Sequence record: PZ445440.1
Source: a phage
DNA: 64,000 bases
Direction: 5' to 3' (one strand)
How positions within the stretch are numbered: the stretch's first letter is position 1; every line of letters begins with the position of its first letter. The notes under the pieces are model-generated. The model had not been told where the DNA came from and made no database searches. It was given only the letters and a program-made list of their open reading frames with translations. This document shows, piece by piece, positions 53,901 to 63,489 of the stretch. Made by a program: the position numbers and the translations under genes.

Positions 53901-54755
53901 TTCTATTCTCAGCGCGCTGCTGATAATAGAGTATCATTTAATATTAATGGAACACTTTATTCAACAGGTATTGTTTCTACAAATGGATTAAATGTTACAG
54001 GTGTTTCTACCTTTACAGGGCCTATTAGTGCTACAGGCGAAATTGTTTCTAGTTCTCCTATTGCATTCAGAGCTATTAACGGTAACTATGGTGTTATGCT
54101 TTATAATGCTGGTAACAGTTCTTATATTGCATTAACTAACTCAGGTGACCAGACCGGGACGTTTAATAACTTACGCCCGATCACGATTAACAACGCCACA
54201 GGCTTAGTTCGTCTTGACAATGGTGTTCAAATCACAAGTGGTGCAACAATAACTACCGGTGGGTTAACTGTAAATAACAGAATTATTTCTAACGGCGTTA
54301 AAACTGCCACTGTTTATACCGATAAACCAACAGCTTCTACTGTAGGTTTTTGGTCTATTGACATTAACGATTCTGCTGTATATAGCCAATTCCCTGGATA
54401 CTGGACGCGTGATAACAAAGGTAACCGTGACCAAGAAATTAAATATCCTGGTACTTTGACTCAATTTGGTAATAGCTTAGATTCGCTTTATCAGGATTGG
54501 ATTTGTTATCCTACAGGTGCAAATGGCGGTAGTATTCGTTATACTCGTACCTGGCAGAAAAATAAAGATGCTTGGACTTCATTTGCAATGGTATTTGATA
54601 GTGGCAACCCACCTTCACCTAGCGATGTCGGTGCTATCCCATCTGATAATGCTGTTATTGGAAACCTTACTGTTCGAGACTTCTTACAATTAGGAAATGT
54701 GAGAATTGTTCCAGACCCGGTTAACAAAACAGTTAAATTTATATGGGTTGAATAA
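50922..54755 (+). CDS. 34: Long tail fiber proximal subunit gp34
   Basis: 1277 aa; repeat-rich; position after rnh. Confidence 0.95.
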   Translation: MVDIKRKFRAEDGLDAGGDKIVNVALADRTVGTDGVNVDFLVQENTVQNYDDTRAYTKDFIVLYDNRFYQALSDIPAPAGPFSLAKWKATRTDAEWITVQGGDFQLSVGNSIAVDTSAGTDINFTLPQNPLDGDTVILSDIGGRVGYVKVQITAEAQSIVNFRGQQVRSVLMTHPKSKMVFIFSNRLWQMYVSDYERNAVTVTPATPYQAQPNDFIIRRFTSAAPINITLPRNANNGDIINLVDLDKLNPLYHTIVKTYDETTSIREAGVHVAEGRNTAEAFFVYDSANSLWRVWEGDQKSRLRIVRNDTDLRPNEEVLVFGTNNDTISTVNLTLPTDILSGDTVKISLNYMRKGQTVKIKAAEGDTIASSISLLQFPKRSEYPPDAQWVSVSELEFNGDTSYVPVLELAYIEDYSSETKYWVVQQNTVTVERVDASSNTTRARLGVIALASQAQANVDLENAPGKELAITPETLANRTATETRRGIARIATTAQVNQNTDFAFQDDLIISPKKLNERTATETRRGVAEVATQAETNAGTDDTTIITPKKLDARQGSEVLSGIVKYTSTTGTTAATIRGNAGTNVYNKAVDNLTISPKALDQYKATPTQQGAVILAIESEVIAGESQAGWANAVVTPETLHKKTSTDGRIGLIEIATQVETNTGTDYTRAVTPKTLNDRKATEGLSGIAEIATQVEFDTGTDDTRISSPLKIKTHFDSSDRTSVNSDSGLIEEGTLWNHYTLDISKANETQRGTLRVATQAESNAGTLDDVLITPKKLLGTKSTETSEGVIKVATQAETVTGTSANTAVSPKNLKWIVQSEPSWTATTAIRGFVKTSSGSITFVGNDTVGSTQSLESYEKNSYAVSPYELNRVLANYLPLKAKAADSNLLDGLDSLQFIRRDIDQTVNGSLSLTKQTNLSAPLVSTSTASFGSEASVTRRLTLNDSSGSEIVFTKGTQSLSNKENFVVRAWGNSATDGARDTVFEAGDETGYHFYSQRAADNRVSFNINGTLYSTGIVSTNGLNVTGVSTFTGPISATGEIVSSSPIAFRAINGNYGVMLYNAGNSSYIALTNSGDQTGTFNNLRPITINNATGLVRLDNGVQITSGATITTGGLTVNNRIISNGVKTATVYTDKPTASTVGFWSIDINDSAVYSQFPGYWTRDNKGNRDQEIKYPGTLTQFGNSLDSLYQDWICYPTGANGGSIRYTRTWQKNKDAWTSFAMVFDSGNPPSPSDVGAIPSDNAVIGNLTVRDFLQLGNVRIVPDPVNKTVKFIWVE

Positions 54756-54763
54756 GAGGTTAT

Positions 54764-55888
54764 ATGGAAAAATTTATGGCAAGGTTTGGACAGGGATACG
54801 TCCAAACGCCGTTTTTATCGGAAAGCAATTCAGTTAGATTTAAGCTAAGTATAGCGGGTTCATGCCCGCTTTCAACAACTAATCCGTATATTTTGTTCCA
54901 AAACGAGCCTTTAGGGTTGCAGTCTTTTGGTATTGGACTAAATGTTAGGGTGATAAATCCGGAAAATGGAACTATAGTTGATAGTAAATTATACAATTTT
55001 GCGCCTACAAATAATGCAACTTCAGCTGCATTTATTTCGTTTGTTAATACATACGCAGATAATTTCATTTTCGCATTTATTTCCAATAACAAATTTAATT
55101 TGCCACCAGAAATAATTGAATGGTTTAAAGCTGCTGGGAGTTCAGTTATACCGTCAATTGAAGTTGCTAGTCTTGTTGATATTTCATATTCAGCGTTTTA
55201 TGTTTCAGGTAAAAATACTATTGCATTAGAACACATAAAATACAGTAATAAGAAAACAATTTCTGATTACGCAACTCCATTAGATATTGTATATGACTCT
55301 ATTGCTGATATAGGTGCTACCGGCTATCCTAGACGTACATATGAAGCTCTAGAAACGTTTTTATCTCCTGTTGGAGGAACTAACAATGAAATAAAAAGGA
55401 TGCCTACGTCATCCCTTGTTACTCCTATCGCAAACTATGGATTAAAGCCTACAGATTTTCTTTATTTGAAATTTCAATTAACGGCTGATGAAGAATTATT
55501 AGAGGAAGGAACCACAAGACTTTCAATTCGTTTCTTTAAGTCTCCATCTAGCTCTCCTATATCATCTAAAGATATAAACTTTGATGGAATTGCCGGGGAG
55601 TGGAAGCTATATGAAGAATACGTTGAAATACCAGCTGAAGCTGATGGCTTTACAGTATATTGTTACCGTACGGCCTCAGTCGGTCAAGGTGGACTAAGAA
55701 ATGTTATTTTCACTGAAGTATCATGTAACGGAAGTATAGCAAAACCCGCTGAGTTTGGTATAAACGGTATTCGTGTTAATTACATTGATGAATCATTAAC
55801 CGGTAATGATATAATGGACTTGCCTACTCAGTTATCTAACGACACAGGTAAGGTATTTGGGCAGGAATTTAAAGAGTACACAGAATAA
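54764..55888 (+). CDS. 35: Long tail fiber hinge protein gp35
   Basis: 374 aa, syntenic. Confidence 0.9.
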   Translation: MEKFMARFGQGYVQTPFLSESNSVRFKLSIAGSCPLSTTNPYILFQNEPLGLQSFGIGLNVRVINPENGTIVDSKLYNFAPTNNATSAAFISFVNTYADNFIFAFISNNKFNLPPEIIEWFKAAGSSVIPSIEVASLVDISYSAFYVSGKNTIALEHIKYSNKKTISDYATPLDIVYDSIADIGATGYPRRTYEALETFLSPVGGTNNEIKRMPTSSLVTPIANYGLKPTDFLYLKFQLTADEELLEEGTTRLSIRFFKSPSSSPISSKDINFDGIAGEWKLYEEYVEIPAEADGFTVYCYRTASVGQGGLRNVIFTEVSCNGSIAKPAEFGINGIRVNYIDESLTGNDIMDLPTQLSNDTGKVFGQEFKEYTE

Positions 55889-55906
55889 AGGAGACTTCGG
55901 TCTCCT
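55889..55906 (+). terminator. Hairpin AGGAGACUUCGGUCUCCU after gene 35
   Basis: UUCG-loop stem followed by TTTT; late promoter at 55914-55921 follows. Confidence 0.6.
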
Positions 55907-55947
55907 TTTCGCGTATAAATACTTTAATATTAATAAGGAGACACGAA

Positions 55948-56604
55948 ATGGCCGATTTAAAAGCCGGAAGTACAGTTGGTGGTTCCGTCATATGGCATCA
56001 AGGCAATTTTCCTTTAATGCCAGCTGGCGACGACATCCTATATAAAACATTTAAATTATACACCGAATATAACAAGCCAAAAGCGGCTGATAACGATTTC
56101 GTATCTAAAGCAAATGGTGGGACATATCTCAAAAAGGTAATCTTTAACGAAGGTATTTCAGTCAAAACAGCAGATGACCAAACGAATGGTATTTTTTCTG
56201 GTGGTGGTGACGCCGCGACATTCGACCAAACAAACATGGATATTGTTTCGTGGTATGGTATTGGGTTTAAATCATCTCAAGGTACAGGTGAAAGAACTGT
56301 TGTAATTGATACTCGCACCGGTAATATAGGTTCTAAAGGCGTTATTGAAGCATCTCAATTCAGAGCCACAACGTTAGCACCTTTAAATAATTACGACCTT
56401 ACTCGCAAAGATTATGTTGATAGTCAAATAAATACAGTTAATGCTAATGCAAACTCTAGGGTATCACGCTCTGGAGATATGATGACCGGCGCTCTAACCG
56501 CCCCAAACTTTTTCTCACAGAATCCTGCATCTCAACCCTCACATGTTCCACGATTTGACCAAATTGTTATTAAGGATTCTGTTCAAGATTTCGGCTATTA
56601 TTAA
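55948..56604 (+). CDS. 36: Long tail fiber distal connector gp36
   Basis: 218 aa, syntenic. Confidence 0.9.
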   Translation: MADLKAGSTVGGSVIWHQGNFPLMPAGDDILYKTFKLYTEYNKPKAADNDFVSKANGGTYLKKVIFNEGISVKTADDQTNGIFSGGGDAATFDQTNMDIVSWYGIGFKSSQGTGERTVVIDTRTGNIGSKGVIEASQFRATTLAPLNNYDLTRKDYVDSQINTVNANANSRVSRSGDMMTGALTAPNFFSQNPASQPSHVPRFDQIVIKDSVQDFGYY

Positions 56605-56612
56605 GAGGACTT

Positions 56613-59600
56613 ATGGCTACTTTAAAACAAATACAATTTAAAAGAAGCAAAACTGCAGGAGCACGTCCTGCCGCTTCAGTATTAGCCGAAGGTGAATTGG
56701 CTATAAACTTAAAAGACCGTGTACTTTTTACTAAAGATGACCAAGGAAATATTATTGATCTGGGTTTTGCTAAAGGCGGTAGTATTGACGGGAATGTTAT
56801 TCATACAGGTAATTATAACCAAACTGGCGATTATACTTTAAATGGCACCTTCACTCAGACAGGTAATTTTAATTTAACTGGTATTGCTCGAGTAACTCGC
56901 GATATTATTGCCGCTGGGCAGATTATGACTGAAGGCGGAGAACTTATTACAAAAAGTTCAGGTACGGCACATGTTCGTTTTTTCGATGGCAATAGCCGCG
57001 AACGTGGAATCATTTATGCCCCGGCTAATGATGGATTAACTACACAAGTACTTAATATCAGGGTTCAAGACTACGCCGCTGGTAGCGAAAGCACTTATGC
57101 ATTTTCAGGCAATGGACAATTTACTTCACCTGAAGTATCGGCATGGAAATCTATGTCAACTCCTCAGATTTTGACTGACAAAGTCATTACAGACGGGAAG
57201 AAGGCCGGTGATTACGACATCTATTCATTAGCAAATAATAATTCTAACACAGATAAAAATAATTTACGTGTCGTACGTACCGACCCGGCGGCCGCAATGC
57301 TCCATGAAATTTGTGAAAACAACGGCATCAGTTGGTATTCTGGTTCAACCCCTACTGATTATATGTTATCTTTTGCTTATTCCGGCGGTTTTCAAGCAGG
57401 CCATTCGATTGCAGTAGGTATGGAATCAGGGCCTATGACATATTCAACCTTAGGTAAAGGTTCTATTGTTCTTGGGGATAATGATACTGGATTTAAATGG
57501 CATCAAGACGGATATTATTTCAGTGTTAATAATGGAACAAAAACGTTTTTATTTGGTCCTAGCGAAACAACTAGCCTAAGAAAATTTGTAGCCGGATATT
57601 CTACTAATGGAACCGATTTAACTACTCCTCCAACTGAAAACTATGCTCTTGCTACTGTTGTGACATATCACGATAATAACGCGTTTGGAGATGGTCAGAC
57701 TCTTTTGGGATATTATCAAGGCGGTAATTATCATCACTATTTCCGTGGTAAGGGTACCACAAACATTAATACTCACGGCGGTTTGTTGGTTACTCCTGGT
57801 AATATTGATGTTATCGGCGGTTCTGTTAATATAGATGGTAGAAATAATTCTTCTACACTAATGTTTAGAGGCAACACAACAGGATACAGCTCGGTTGATA
57901 ATATGGATATTAAAGTTTGGGGTAATACGTTTGTTGATCCAAGCGGAGGTATCCGTAAAAACATTATGGAAATTTCTGATGCAACTAGCTGGATGAGCTA
58001 TATTCAAAGACTTACTACTGGCGAAGTAGAAATGAACGTTAATGGTTCATTTGAATCATCTGGTGTTACTGCTGGAGATAGAGGAGTTCACACAACAGGC
58101 GAAATTTCATCTGGTGCAGTGAATGCTCTTCGTATTTGGAACGCAGATTATGGAGTCATTTTTAGACGTTCAGAAGGAAGTCTTCATATTATTCCAACTG
58201 CTTATGGCGAAGGCAAAGATGGCGATATCGGTCCACTTCGTCCGTTTAGTATGTCTTTAGATACAGGTAAGGTCGTTATTCCTGACCTAGATTTGAGTCA
58301 TACAACTTTTGCTGAAAATGGTTTTATTAAATTCGGTGGGCATGGAGCAGGCGCTGGTGGTTATGACATTCAATATGCTCAAGCGGCTCCTATTTTCCAG
58401 GAAATTGATGATGATGCTGTAAGCAAATATTATCCTATTGTTAAACAGAAGTTTTTAAACGGTAAATCCGTTTGGTCTTTAGGTACCGAAATTGAATCAG
58501 GTACATTCGTTATTCATCATCTGAAAGAAGATGGTTCACAAGGCCATACATCAAGATTTAATATGGATGGTACTGTTAATTTCCCTGATAATGTTCTGGT
58601 CGGCGGTGATATTAACATGAAAGGCGTGATGACTTTTGACGCCGGACGTTTAGGATCACGAGATTATTTTAAATTTAACCATTGGGGTGATAGTAATAAT
58701 GCTCGTGATAACATCATCCAGTTAGAAGATAGTCAAGGCGCTCATTTTTCCACTGAACGTACTTTAGCGACAGGTGCAATTAAAACTCGTTTCTTTGGCG
58801 AAACATTTACTGATGGTACATTATACCTAAATCAGATGAATAATAGCTCTGAACGATTCCATATCAATAATTGGGGAAATTCAGAAGTTGGTCGCGCGGC
58901 GGTGGTGGAAGTCGGTGATTCCAAAGGTTATCACTTCTATACAGAACGCAGGACAGATAACAGTTTGACGTTTGATGTTGCTGGCACTTTTACCGTGCAT
59001 GGATCTAGCGGGATCACTATCAAAAACTCTGCTGGCGCTCGCCGCATCTGGTTTAAAGATGATAGCGAATCGGAAAAGGCTGTTATCTGGGCTACAGATG
59101 AGGGTATTTTACATATACGAAATAATTATGGGGGTTCATTTAGTCATCACTTCCAGGGTGCAATGATTCTAGCGGGAGAGCGTGTTCCATATAATAGTGA
59201 ATACGCTCTTATCCGTGGTAATATTTCCGGTGGTGCATGGGTAGACTGGCGAGATCGTCCGGCTGGATTGTTGGTAGACTGTCAGGACTCACGAAATCAA
59301 GCATATAACATTTGGAAAGCTACTCATTGGGGCGAACAGCACATTGCGGCGATGGGTGTTCATGCTGGTGGTGGTAATCCTCATGTTGTATTGCATGTGG
59401 GTGGGAGTGATTATGCATTTGGATTTAACGGTGATTTTACTGCTGGCGCTGCTGTATATTGTAACGACGTTTATATTCGTTCTGACCGTCGTCTGAAAAT
59501 TAATGTTGAAGACTACGAAGAGAATGCGGTAGATAAGGTAAATAAACTCAAAGTTAAAACCTATGATAAAGTTAAATCTCTTTCTGACCGCGAAGTTATC

Positions 59601-59834
59601 GGCCATGAGATTGGTATTATCGCACAGGATTTGCAAGAAGTATTACCGGAAGCTGTTAGCACTTCTAGTGTCGGATCTCAGGATAACCCAGAAGAAATTT
59701 TAACAATTTCTAACTCTGCTGTGAACGCGCTTTTAATTAAGGCCATTCAGGAAATGAGCGAAGAAATTAAAGAATTGAAAACGCCTCTCTTTACTAAAAT
59801 TGCTCGCAAAATTAGTAAATATTTTAAATTCTAA
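56613..59834 (+). CDS. 37: Long tail fiber distal subunit gp37, T2-type with C-terminal intramolecular chaperone-like domain
   Basis: 1073 aa; N-terminus matches T4 gp37; C-terminus has S-D-R-R-L-K autocleavage-like motif instead of T4 His-box tip. Confidence 0.9.
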   Translation: MATLKQIQFKRSKTAGARPAASVLAEGELAINLKDRVLFTKDDQGNIIDLGFAKGGSIDGNVIHTGNYNQTGDYTLNGTFTQTGNFNLTGIARVTRDIIAAGQIMTEGGELITKSSGTAHVRFFDGNSRERGIIYAPANDGLTTQVLNIRVQDYAAGSESTYAFSGNGQFTSPEVSAWKSMSTPQILTDKVITDGKKAGDYDIYSLANNNSNTDKNNLRVVRTDPAAAMLHEICENNGISWYSGSTPTDYMLSFAYSGGFQAGHSIAVGMESGPMTYSTLGKGSIVLGDNDTGFKWHQDGYYFSVNNGTKTFLFGPSETTSLRKFVAGYSTNGTDLTTPPTENYALATVVTYHDNNAFGDGQTLLGYYQGGNYHHYFRGKGTTNINTHGGLLVTPGNIDVIGGSVNIDGRNNSSTLMFRGNTTGYSSVDNMDIKVWGNTFVDPSGGIRKNIMEISDATSWMSYIQRLTTGEVEMNVNGSFESSGVTAGDRGVHTTGEISSGAVNALRIWNADYGVIFRRSEGSLHIIPTAYGEGKDGDIGPLRPFSMSLDTGKVVIPDLDLSHTTFAENGFIKFGGHGAGAGGYDIQYAQAAPIFQEIDDDAVSKYYPIVKQKFLNGKSVWSLGTEIESGTFVIHHLKEDGSQGHTSRFNMDGTVNFPDNVLVGGDINMKGVMTFDAGRLGSRDYFKFNHWGDSNNARDNIIQLEDSQGAHFSTERTLATGAIKTRFFGETFTDGTLYLNQMNNSSERFHINNWGNSEVGRAAVVEVGDSKGYHFYTERRTDNSLTFDVAGTFTVHGSSGITIKNSAGARRIWFKDDSESEKAVIWATDEGILHIRNNYGGSFSHHFQGAMILAGERVPYNSEYALIRGNISGGAWVDWRDRPAGLLVDCQDSRNQAYNIWKATHWGEQHIAAMGVHAGGGNPHVVLHVGGSDYAFGFNGDFTAGAAVYCNDVYIRSDRRLKINVEDYEENAVDKVNKLKVKTYDKVKSLSDREVIGHEIGIIAQDLQEVLPEAVSTSSVGSQDNPEEILTISNSAVNALLIKAIQEMSEEIKELKTPLFTKIARKISKYFKF

Positions 59835-59840
59835 CAACAA

Positions 59841-59855
59841 GGGGGAAATGCCCCC
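59841..59855 (+). terminator. Hairpin GGGGGAAAUGCCCCC after gene 37
   Basis: 5-bp G/C stem followed by TTTGG. Confidence 0.5.
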
Positions 59856-59870
59856 TTTGGAGTATAAATT

Positions 59871-60650
59871 ATGGCAGTAGTTGGAGTTCCTGGCTGGATT
59901 GGAAGTTCAGCCGTAAATGAAACGGGTCAGCGCTGGATGAGTCAAGCAGCTGGTCAATTAAGATTGGGTGTTCCTTGCTGGATGAGTCAATTTGCAGGTC
60001 GCTCAAGAGAAATAATTCACACACTTGGAGCAGACCATAACTTCAATGGTCAATGGTTCCGAGATAGATGTTTTGAGGCAGGTAGTGCACCTATAGTGTT
60101 TAATATCACCGGAAATTTAGTATCATATAGTAAAGATGTTCCATTATTCTTTATGTATGGCGATACACCAAATGAATATGTTACTTTGAATATTCATGGT
60201 GGAGTTCATATGTGGGGACGAGGTGGTAACGGCACTGTAAACGGAAACCCAGGCACAAATGGCGGCGATGTAATCCAAAATGATATCGGCGGAAGACTTC
60301 GTATTTGGAACTATGGCGTTATTGCATCAGGTGGCGGTGGTGGTGGTGCAGTGTCATTACAGAATAGCTGGGCGCCAAATGCTACAGCAGGTGGCGGTGG
60401 CGGCAGACCATTTGGCCTCGGTGGTGGTGGCGTTAATTGGCCTGGCGGTAATGCTAGTTATGACGCCCCGGGCGGTGCCGGTTACACTTCCCAATTCGGC
60501 GGTGGTAATGGTGGCGATGCTGGGGGTCGGGGCGGAGATGGATGGGGTAATCACTTATCTAGATCTGGCGGTGGTGCTCCTGGCAGAGCAGTATTCGGAA
60601 GTTCACCGTCATGGGGTGCTACAGGCACAATCTACGGCTCCTGGATTTAA
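59871..60650 (+). CDS. 38: Receptor-recognising adhesin gp38 (T2-type, glycine-rich motifs)
   Basis: 259 aa; [12 protein letters not shown]-terminus; multiple GGGGG tracts separating variable segments. Confidence 0.85.
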   Translation: MAVVGVPGWIGSSAVNETGQRWMSQAAGQLRLGVPCWMSQFAGRSREIIHTLGADHNFNGQWFRDRCFEAGSAPIVFNITGNLVSYSKDVPLFFMYGDTPNEYVTLNIHGGVHMWGRGGNGTVNGNPGTNGGDVIQNDIGGRLRIWNYGVIASGGGGGGAVSLQNSWAPNATAGGGGGRPFGLGGGGVNWPGGNASYDAPGGAGYTSQFGGGNGGDAGGRGGDGWGNHLSRSGGGAPGRAVFGSSPSWGATGTIYGSWI

Positions 60651-60668
60651 ACGATATTACCTCTCAAT

Positions 60669-60676
60669 TATAAATA
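60669..60676 (+). promoter_or_regulatory. Late promoter TATAAATA for holin gene t
   Basis: exact consensus 20 nt upstream of ATG at 60696. Confidence 0.65.
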
Positions 60677-60695
60677 TTGATAAATGGGAGGTAAT

Positions 60696-61355
60696 ATGGC
60701 AGCACCAAAAGTATCATTTTCGCCTAGTGATATTTTATTTGGGTTGCTAGACCGCATTTTCAAAGATAACGCCTCTGGAAATATTCTTATTTCAAGAGTT
60801 GCTGTTGTAGTTCTTTTGTTCCTAATGGCACTAATATGGTACAAAGGGAATATTTTTATGGATTATTACGTGAGGTCGAAATATGATACTTACACAGAAG
60901 TAATTCAAAAAGAAAGAAATACACGATTTGAATCTGCGGCTTTAGAACAACTACAAATAGTCCACGTCACATCAAGGGCGGATTTTAGTTCGGTGTATTC
61001 TTTCAGACCTAAAAATCTAAATTATTTCGTCGACCTTATTGCGTATGAAGGTAAGTTACCTAGCACAGTAACTGAAAAATCTATGGGAGGATTTCCTGTT
61101 GATAAAACGACAGCAGAATATTCGGTCCATTTAAGTGGACTTCACTTTACTTCTAAAACAGATTTTGCTTTCTTACCTACAAAATCAAAAACTCCGGAAC
61201 TGGTGTATATGTATAGTTGTCCTTACTTCAATTTGGATAACATATATGCTGGAACTGTTTCTATGTATTGGTATAAGGGGTCGGATGTGTTAAATGAAGA
61301 ACGCTTGGCTGCAATATGCAACCAAGCAGCAAGGATATTAGGGCGGGCTAAATAA
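60696..61355 (+). CDS. t: Holin T
   Basis: 219 aa from MAAPKVSFSPSDILFG; strong similarity to recalled T4 T; one N-terminal TM segment. Confidence 0.9.
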   Translation: MAAPKVSFSPSDILFGLLDRIFKDNASGNILISRVAVVVLLFLMALIWYKGNIFMDYYVRSKYDTYTEVIQKERNTRFESAALEQLQIVHVTSRADFSSVYSFRPKNLNYFVDLIAYEGKLPSTVTEKSMGGFPVDKTTAEYSVHLSGLHFTSKTDFAFLPTKSKTPELVYMYSCPYFNLDNIYAGTVSMYWYKGSDVLNEERLAAICNQAARILGRAK

Positions 61356-61628
61356 TTAGTTGTTAGAATACATCGTCAAATGGCGATAAATATTTTCAAA
61401 ACCTTCATTGAATTCACTAATCAGTGTTTTCTTTTCTTCGGCAGTTAAATTTGTAATTAGTTTTCTGAACGAATTCTGATTTAGCTGCCGACCATCTTTT
61501 TTAATTCCAATCTCATTCAAGAATCCGATGAAATTTGCTCGGTCTTCAACAATATCTTCCCTCGAGAATTTAATCAAAATAGAAGCAACCGTAATAATTT
61601 CACGTACAATTTCAATATCTTTATTCAT
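61356..61628 (-). CDS. asiA: Anti-sigma70 protein AsiA
   Basis: 90 aa; near-identical to recalled T4 AsiA. Confidence 0.9.
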   Translation of the reverse strand: MNKDIEIVREIITVASILIKFSREDIVEDRANFIGFLNEIGIKKDGRQLNQNSFRKLITNLTAEEKKTLISEFNEGFENIYRHLTMYSNN

Positions 61629-61674
61629 AACGTTTTATTCATTCCATTTGGTTGATATGAGTATAGTACCATTA

Positions 61675-61890
61675 TCAGTGTTGATTGTAAACAGCTTTTT
61701 CTACACTTTTAACGTAATCAGTGTAGTCTTCCTGTTCATACGAGTGTAAGGCCAAGAACGTGGCTAATAGTTCATTATAGACTAAAGCCTCACGCCCACG
61801 TTCTGCCTCTACTACGTTCTGTAGATTATGGCTCATATCATTCCTTATAACTATCAATGTAGTCCTGTATGTCAAAGAATGACATTTCAT
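61675..61890 (-). CDS. Hypothetical protein, 71 aa
   Basis: ORF in asiA-motA interval. Confidence 0.4.
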   Translation of the reverse strand: MKCHSLTYRTTLIVIRNDMSHNLQNVVEAERGREALVYNELLATFLALHSYEQEDYTDYVKSVEKAVYNQH

Positions 61891-62125
61891 ATTCTAGGAC
61901 ATTAAGAGCCCGTTCTTCAGTATAGTCAGAACCAAATACGATAGTGATTTCACCAGGCTTCATGTGATTGAAATCGACACTAAAAGGAATACGAGAACAT
62001 ACTTCGTCTGCCATATCTACAACAACACTACGATACACTTCTCGGTTAACCTGATAAAGCTCTGCAAGTTCTTCACATCGAATAACAAGTTCAGTGGCAG
62101 GATTTTCTTTGATTTTAGTAAGCAT
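61838..62125 (-). CDS. Hypothetical acidic protein, 95 aa (possible Arn-like; unverified)
   Basis: D/E-rich ORF in the position where T4 carries arn. Confidence 0.4.
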   Translation of the reverse strand: MLTKIKENPATELVIRCEELAELYQVNREVYRSVVVDMADEVCSRIPFSVDFNHMKPGEITIVFGSDYTEERALNVLEYEMSFFDIQDYIDSYKE

Positions 62126-62199
62126 AGTCTTTACCCTTATGTTTTTGTTTGCGTTTAGATTGAAGTTCTGATTTCTTCTTATCCTTATGGACAGAAGCC

Positions 62200-62427
62200 T
62201 TATTGAAATCGTGTTTTGCTACAAGATTGTTCATAATGATTTATAACCTCATTTAAACATTTATCGGTAAAAGAAAACTTTTTAGCCACAGAACATTCGA
62301 TGATGTGTTCTTTCAAATCTTTAGAGTCAGTATAACCCATCTCAGTAATAAAGCGGCGAATTAAAGCTTTATTCTTATCATTAACAGAATTAAAATAATC
62401 TGCTTTAGAATCAATTATTCTCATCAT
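62200..62427 (-). CDS. Hypothetical protein, 75 aa
   Basis: ORF. Confidence 0.4.
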   Translation of the reverse strand: MMRIIDSKADYFNSVNDKNKALIRRFITEMGYTDSKDLKEHIIECSVAKKFSFTDKCLNEVINHYEQSCSKTRFQ

Positions 62428-62692
62428 CTAATTTCCTTAATTGATATTGCAACGAGCTAATAATTTCTTCGTTCATTTTAATATACATGTCACGCAAGAA
62501 AGGTTTTAACCCATCACGAATAATTGCTAATGTATCACCTTTACATAAATTGACCAAATAAGGGTGCTCTAAAGCGTCCCAACCAGGCTGATTAGCATAC
62601 ATACCATAGTTTTCTTCCATCATATGATTAAGACGTTTGATATCTTGGATACGTGATTCAATAGCATCTTTCTGGAGTTGTTTAATATTCAT
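62411..62692 (-). CDS. Hypothetical protein, 93 aa
   Basis: ORF. Confidence 0.45.
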   Translation of the reverse strand: MNIKQLQKDAIESRIQDIKRLNHMMEENYGMYANQPGWDALEHPYLVNLCKGDTLAIIRDGLKPFLRDMYIKMNEEIISSLQYQLRKLDDENN

Positions 62693-63153
62693 TAATAAAG
62701 GTCCTCTGAATAAAGTTCTTTCTCACTTCCACCACGTTCAATACGTACCTGTCCAGCATACGTTGCAATAATCATTGCTTCTTCACGCGTCCAGTAATTA
62801 GAGTATTGGTCAATAAAACCTTGGTCGTCACCACAAACTTGTTGCGAGACTAATTGAGGACCAACTATATCAAGTACTTCAGCCATATCTTTAGAGTAAT
62901 GACGAACTCCAGGAATAACCAGAGTTCCGCCGCTCTTCAATTTAAATCTATTAGCTGCACATACTATAACACGTTGAACTTTTTGGTCATTGTTCCAATA
63001 GCACGTTTGCCAACAGATTTCAGGAACTTCATTCATTATATCATCAGCAGAATAATTATAACCGTAGGACTGGAATTTTTCTGCTAGACTTTCAGGAGTC
63101 TCACGAGACAAGGCCAAATCTAATAGCTCTAAACGTTCTTTAAATGATTTCAT
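62692..63153 (-). CDS. Hypothetical protein, 153 aa
   Basis: ORF, coupled start/stop with neighbours. Confidence 0.5.
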   Translation of the reverse strand: MKSFKERLELLDLALSRETPESLAEKFQSYGYNYSADDIMNEVPEICWQTCYWNNDQKVQRVIVCAANRFKLKSGGTLVIPGVRHYSKDMAEVLDIVGPQLVSQQVCGDDQGFIDQYSNYWTREEAMIIATYAGQVRIERGGSEKELYSEDLY

Positions 63154-63479
63154 TTAAACCATTCCTTAATACGTTGCCAAATAGATTTTTGTGCTTGTTT
63201 ATTTACACCAATCGAACGAATAACCGGTTGTGACTGCTGATATTCTTTATAATCTTCTTTATAGATTTCGTAAGCTGCATCAACAAATGAACTGATCGCT
63301 GCCATATAGTTTTTACGAAGGCCAAATGGCGCATCATTATTTTCACGAATAACCGTATATTGGCCTGCTTTAATCTTTACAATTGTCCCTAAATAAGCCC
63401 CGTGGTACCAAATATCCCATCCTTCCTGAGTAGGTTCTGCACATTTACGAAGTTCGTTAATAATATTCAGCTTATTCAT
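63150..63479 (-). CDS. Hypothetical protein, 109 aa
   Basis: ORF immediately downstream of motA. Confidence 0.45.
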   Translation of the reverse strand: MNKLNIINELRKCAEPTQEGWDIWYHGAYLGTIVKIKAGQYTVIRENNDAPFGLRKNYMAAISSFVDAAYEIYKEDYKEYQQSQPVIRSIGVNKQAQKSIWQRIKEWFK

Positions 63480-63489
63480 TATGTATTCC

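Noticed and set aside
59863-59870. TATAAATT immediately before the gp38 ATG as a late promoter
   Set aside because: It abuts the start codon, so a transcript initiating there would lack the gp38 start. More likely part of the RBS context (GGAG upstream).
60300-60600. Glycine-codon repeats in gene 38 as a CRISPR array or tandem-repeat element
   Set aside because: The repeats are in-frame Gly codons within a conserved adhesin gene; no spacer-repeat periodicity; no CRISPR array anywhere in the window.
60280-60750. 156-aa + strand ORF and a 65-aa - strand ORF inside gene 38
   Set aside because: Alternative-frame readings of the GC-rich glycine-codon repeats (GGTGGCGGT); artefacts of low-complexity sequence.
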